Program-made: the position numbers and the translations under genes
In this document: piece after piece, positions 60,025-64,000 of the stretch
Numbering within the stretch: the first letter of the stretch is position 1
Layout of the letters: the number at the start of each line of letters is the position of its first letter
NCBI GenBank assembly: GCA_903845195.1
Contig: CAIMWO010000019.1
Span: 56,277-120,276, forward strand
Length of the DNA stretch: 64,000 nucleotides
Source: an uncultured Phycisphaerales bacterium
Lineage (GTDB): Bacteria; Planctomycetota; Phycisphaerae; WQYP01
Direction: 5' to 3'
The notes under the pieces: model-generated
The model's database searches: none
Seen by the model: the letters and a program-made list of their open reading frames with translations, nothing else
What the model was told of the DNA's origin: nothing

Positions 60025-61908
60025 TCATTTCGTCGCATCGCCGATCTGCGCCAGAATATCCTTGGCCTTGGTGGTATTTCCGGCACTCTGAAGCTTGCCG
60101 GCGTACATCCTCCCCACCTTGTACCAGTTGCTCTGCTTCATGAACGGCCCGGCCATCTGCTGCGGCCGTTGAATCCGCGTCCACGTCTGCTCGTACAGCG
60201 ACAAAATCTTGTCCGCCTTGCCGCTCAGCAATTCCTCCGCCTGCGAAAGCGCATCGAGCACGAACGGACCCGCGTTGCAGTAACGCTCGATGACATCCAT
60301 GTAGCACTGCCCCGCCTTGTTCTTCTGCTCGTGCTTCTCCCACATGTGCGCCTGCCCCATCCGGATTTCCGCCGCCAGATCCGACCGGTTCTTGAACATG
60401 TTGAACGCACCGTTCCACAGCGTGTTCTGATCGGCGGGATCGTCCACCGTCTCAATCATCGGCCCCAAAACCGACAGCGCAAAATCCGGATACTTGCTGC
60501 CGCAGAGTTTCAGCAGCACCTCGCTCCACTTCTTCTTCTGCTCCAGCGAAAGCTTGCCCTCGCTGGCCAGATCGCGCACCGCAAACCACGCGCGTGGATT
60601 CGCACGATTGAGATTCAGCGCCGGTTCCAGCAGACCCAGCACCGATGCCGCCTCCGCCCTGCGCGGAGCGGGGCGGAGATTGGCCGGCTCGATATCCCAT
60701 GCCACAGGCGAAAAATTCTCCGCGCTCTTCAGACGCAGCGCCGCATCCGTCAGCGCCACGCAGTTCTGCCGATCGACAGGCTTGGTCCCGATCAACTCCG
60801 CCAGCAGCGAAACGTAACTGTCCGGAATTTCCTGCTTCGCCTGCGGATCAAACACGTTCCCTTTGACCCCCCGGTACTCCTCGTAACGCCCGACATCAAA
60901 ATTCCAGAAGCCATGGCCATTCTGCGCCTGCAAAAATCCCACCCACGCATGTCCCACCTCGGCGCTTTGCCCCACGGTGTACGCCGTCGGCACGCCGATC
61001 GCCTTGCCGATGGCCATCGCGTAATACGCCTGGTCCGCGCACACGCCGCCGTATTTCAGGATGTTCGGCAGGTTGAATCCCTTCTCCGTCACCTTCTTGG
61101 GCGTGGCATGAAGGAAATGCTCGTAGTCGTAGGCGATGTCGAAAAAGTGCCGCCCGATGATCTCGTCGTGCACATACTTGCCCAGCGCCCACTTCATTTC
61201 ATCGATCGACGCCGTGGTGTCGACCACGTAAATCAGCAGTTCCGCCGGCACCTGCTTGATGCCGAAGTTCATCACGCTTTCGTTCTTGACGTAGTAGTCG
61301 AAAATATCGATCGGATCGGCCGATTGGGTCGAATTCTCGTTGATCTGCCGTGAGAACGGCTTGTCGTGCACCACGCAGATCGCGGCCGCCAGCGTGGCAT
61401 ATTTGTCGAGTTGCTCGCCGCGCTTCTCACGCAGTTTGTCGAGCATTGCGTAAACGTCTTTCGGATGATTCCCGGGATTCAGCAGAAAAACCAGCGTGTG
61501 CGCCAGGCCGTCGTTGGTACGCAGATATTTAAGTAGCGGCTGGCGGCTCTCCTTCTTGGCTGCTTCGAGCGTCGCGACCAGCCGCAACGCAAAATCGGCC
61601 TCGCGAAAGGCATCGAGGCTCTTCTCGCCGGCCGTCGCCGCCACCTGGTCGAACAATCCCTGCGCCTTGGTGTGCGCCGCCGCAAAATCGCCGTCGTTCT
61701 GCAGCGCATCGAGAATCGCCGCCGCCTGCATTTTGACCGTTTGTTCAATCGTGATTCTCGAAGCCGGCTGCGATGCGGCCGTACCCGGCGCCTTGGCCGT
61801 AGTCGCCGTAGGCACCGGCGCCGTCGTCTGAGCCTGCGTGAAAAATCCACCCGATACCGCCAGCACCGCCACCGCCAGACCCGTTGCGATTCGTCGCATG
61901 TCTTCCAT
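60025..61908 (-). CDS. Secreted transglutaminase-like protein with a helical C-terminus
   Basis: Signal peptide; GGVCADQA, GHAW and WNFD suggest a Cys-His-Asp triad. Confidence 0.7.
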   Translation of the reverse strand: MEDMRRIATGLAVAVLAVSGGFFTQAQTTAPVPTATTAKAPGTAASQPASRITIEQTVKMQAAAILDALQNDGDFAAAHTKAQGLFDQVAATAGEKSLDAFREADFALRLVATLEAAKKESRQPLLKYLRTNDGLAHTLVFLLNPGNHPKDVYAMLDKLREKRGEQLDKYATLAAAICVVHDKPFSRQINENSTQSADPIDIFDYYVKNESVMNFGIKQVPAELLIYVVDTTASIDEMKWALGKYVHDEIIGRHFFDIAYDYEHFLHATPKKVTEKGFNLPNILKYGGVCADQAYYAMAIGKAIGVPTAYTVGQSAEVGHAWVGFLQAQNGHGFWNFDVGRYEEYRGVKGNVFDPQAKQEIPDSYVSLLAELIGTKPVDRQNCVALTDAALRLKSAENFSPVAWDIEPANLRPAPRRAEAASVLGLLEPALNLNRANPRAWFAVRDLASEGKLSLEQKKKWSEVLLKLCGSKYPDFALSVLGPMIETVDDPADQNTLWNGAFNMFKNRSDLAAEIRMGQAHMWEKHEQKNKAGQCYMDVIERYCNAGPFVLDALSQAEELLSGKADKILSLYEQTWTRIQRPQQMAGPFMKQSNWYKVGRMYAGKLQSAGNTTKAKDILAQIGDATK

Positions 61909-61969
61909 CCTTTTGCGTGAAACCCCGAGAAATGAACCCCCTCAGCGTATCTACTTCACCGTGCCAACG

Positions 61970-62378
61970 TCAATTGACGGAAGAAGAATCGGAAATGAAA
62001 ACGGAAAGATAAGGGAAACGGGTGCCATGCCCAGTGGGGCAGGGGCCCCGCTGGGCATGCTTCCGGTAGGAGTTGTCCGGACACATTTTCACTTACCTTG
62101 CAGAAAACCGAGTGTTACTCTTTCTCCCAAAGATCCTCAGCACCGGCAAACCTGCACGCGTCTGGACTTCCCTCGCCGCATCAATTGACGAAAACGGAAA
62201 CGAAAACGGAAACAAGAAACAAAGACGGGTGCCATGCCCAGTGGGGCAGGGGCCCCGCTGGGCATGCTTCCGGTGGGAGTTCTCCGTACACAATCTCACT
62301 TGCCTTGTAAGAGCCTCGCGTTACTCTTTCTCCCATGGATCCACAGCATCGAAAAACCTGCAAGCGCCTAGATTTTCA
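61970..62378. repeat. Imperfect ~210-bp tandem duplication containing a REP palindrome and the RAYT 5' end
   Basis: Both units begin tcaattgacg and contain the REP and gttactctttctccca. Confidence 0.85.
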
Positions 62379-62904
62379 TGGCCACGCTCATTTCCTCACC
62401 TTTTCTTGTTTTCGCCGATAACCTTTTCTCAGCAAAGATCGTTCGCGCCAGTGGTTAATCAGGGCGATCGCCCGCGCCAAGCGCCTTCATGACTTTCATC
62501 TCTGGGCATGGGTCATCATGCCCGAGCACGTCCATCTGCTGATCTGGCCACAGCGCGAGGATTACTCGATTTCGGCGATCCTCACATCGATCAAGAAGCC
62601 TGTTACCAATGCGGCGCTCCGTCACATTCGTCGCACCGCTCCTGAGTTTCTGAATTTCATGCGGGATGAACAGCCCAACGAAAACACCGAGTATCGATTC
62701 TGGCAGCGCGGCGGCGGTTACGACCGCAACCTTTGGACGCCCAAAGACATCTGGGAAAAGATTGTGTATATCCACCGCAACCCGGTGCGACGCGGACTGG
62801 CCAAACAAATGGAAGAATGGCCTTGGTCGAGTGTTCAGGACTACCTGAATCTCAGAGAAGCACCATTAATTCTGGATCGCGCCAGTTTACCCGCGTCCTG
62901 GTAG
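62335..62904 (+). pseudogene. REP-associated tyrosine transposase (RAYT) with an in-frame TAA at codon 29
   Basis: HFLTFSC, MPEHVHL (HUH), FWQRGGGYD, YIHRNPVRRGL, WPWSS; TAA at 62419-62421. Confidence 0.88.
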
Positions 62905-63017
62905 GAAGCATGCCCACCGGGGCCCCGCGCCCCACTGGGCATGGCACCCGAAAATATTTCCACCCCCGCGCGCTGGCGGCATCGCCTGATCCTCGCGCAA
63001 ATGGTTATCATCAAACC

Positions 63018-63821
63018 ATGTCCACCATCAATCACGATCTGCCCTGCCTCACCTGCGGCTACAACCTGCGCACGCTCGATCTCGCCGCCCGCTGCCCCGA
63101 ATGCGGCCAGCCCGTCCATGCGACGCCGCCCAATCCCGTGACCAATGCCTCGGCACGCGGCGCCACAATCGCGGCCGTGGGAATCCTCATGGTCTTTGCA
63201 TCATGGAGCGCATTATTTGTGGATGGGATGTATCAGATAACCAATAGCTTGGGCCACACAGGAATTTATTTTGCCATGATGTGGACGATCGCCACGCAGG
63301 CCGTCTGGCTGATCGGCATCGTTTTGCTGACCAAGCCGCGGAGCTATGACCTGCGCCCGGTCCTCTGCTGGTTTACGCGCATCACCGCCGCACTGAGTCT
63401 TCTCGGCATCACAATGATCGTTATCTGCGGGCTGGCCTGGCATGATTCTAGATGGGCTCGTGAATTCATCGTGCATATGTGGTGCCTGACCCTCGCCACC
63501 TGGGCGCTCTCCCTGACCGGCTGGGGATTATGGACCTGGCGCATCGCGCGTTCGCTGAAAAGAACATGGTTGGCGAGGCAGTCCTTGCTGATTGCTTTTC
63601 TGATCCCGCTGGAAGTCGGCGCGCTGATTGCCGTTTTGGTGCTGTTTTTTATCGTCTATTCCCTTTTCGATCCCCTGCCGCTTTCGGCAAACGTGATGAT
63701 CATCTCATTCTTCGGCACTGGCCTGACGCTACCCTGGACCGCAGCAGTATCCTTCCTGCTGGCCCGCGCGATCCGCCGTGAACTGAAATCGCCGCAATCC
63801 CCAACCCCCCCAACCCCTTAG
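63018..63821 (+). CDS. Membrane protein with an N-terminal Zn-ribbon
   Basis: CLTCGYNL...CPECG followed by about 6 TM segments. Confidence 0.8.
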   Translation: MSTINHDLPCLTCGYNLRTLDLAARCPECGQPVHATPPNPVTNASARGATIAAVGILMVFASWSALFVDGMYQITNSLGHTGIYFAMMWTIATQAVWLIGIVLLTKPRSYDLRPVLCWFTRITAALSLLGITMIVICGLAWHDSRWAREFIVHMWCLTLATWALSLTGWGLWTWRIARSLKRTWLARQSLLIAFLIPLEVGALIAVLVLFFIVYSLFDPLPLSANVMIISFFGTGLTLPWTAAVSFLLARAIRRELKSPQSPTPPTP

Positions 63822-63845
63822 TTCTCACCAGAACACCGCCCCCCC

Positions 63846-64000
63846 TCACCCATTCAGCGTCCGCTTATGCACCGCCAGCGCCGCCTCCTTGATCGCCTCC
63901 GGCAGCGTCGGATGCGCATGACACGTCCGTGCGATATCCTCCGCCGACCCCGCAAACTCCATCACCGCCGCCGCTTCCGAAATCATACTGCTCGCCTGCG
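63846..64000 (-). CDS. lpdA: 3' end of dihydrolipoamide dehydrogenase
   Basis: Manual translation ...[29 protein letters not shown]. Confidence 0.9.
   Translation of the reverse strand, partial: QASSMISEAAAVMEFAGSAEDIARTCHAHPTLPEAIKEAALAVHKRTLNG

Noticed and set aside
62419-62421. Stop-codon recoding in the RAYT
   Set aside because: TAA is not a Sec or Pyl codon and is used as a normal stop elsewhere in the window
1-64000. tRNA or rRNA genes
   Set aside because: No cloverleaf or rRNA-conserved motifs recognised by eye; tRNAscan-SE or Infernal would be needed to exclude them fully

Overview
GC-rich bacterial chromosomal window, most likely from a Planctomycetota (Phycisphaerae-like) organism; this is inferred from the HYExAFE protein, the CxxCGYxL...CPECG membrane proteins and the LRR/HEAT lipoproteins. 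It carries core genes (accA, rsgA, tyrA, purL, dnaN, rnc, murI, lpdA end) interleaved with single lower-GC cassette genes and dense short-repeat families. Main observations: (1) a compact, host-ameliorated module of CI-like repressor, tandem-HTH protein, ASCH, ABC ATPase, GNAT, ParB and terminase with a divergent promoter switch and its own terminator, but no portal, capsid or integrase in view; (2) a translationally coupled array of 5-6 ~50-aa membrane micro-proteins with a GFPxD tail behind tyrA; (3) a pnuC-nadR cassette bracketed by two synonymously diverged copies of the secA 3' end; (4) REP palindromes of a dead RAYT transposase and heptamer repeats inserted in frame in rsgA, cbiM, tyrA and purL, with one heptamer tract frameshifting purL; (5) a mosaic vWA paralog array; (6) a candidate oriC beside dciA-dnaN where an extreme C-over-G skew relaxes. 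No rRNA, tRNA or CRISPR array was seen. All family assignments come from motifs recognised by eye, not database searches.
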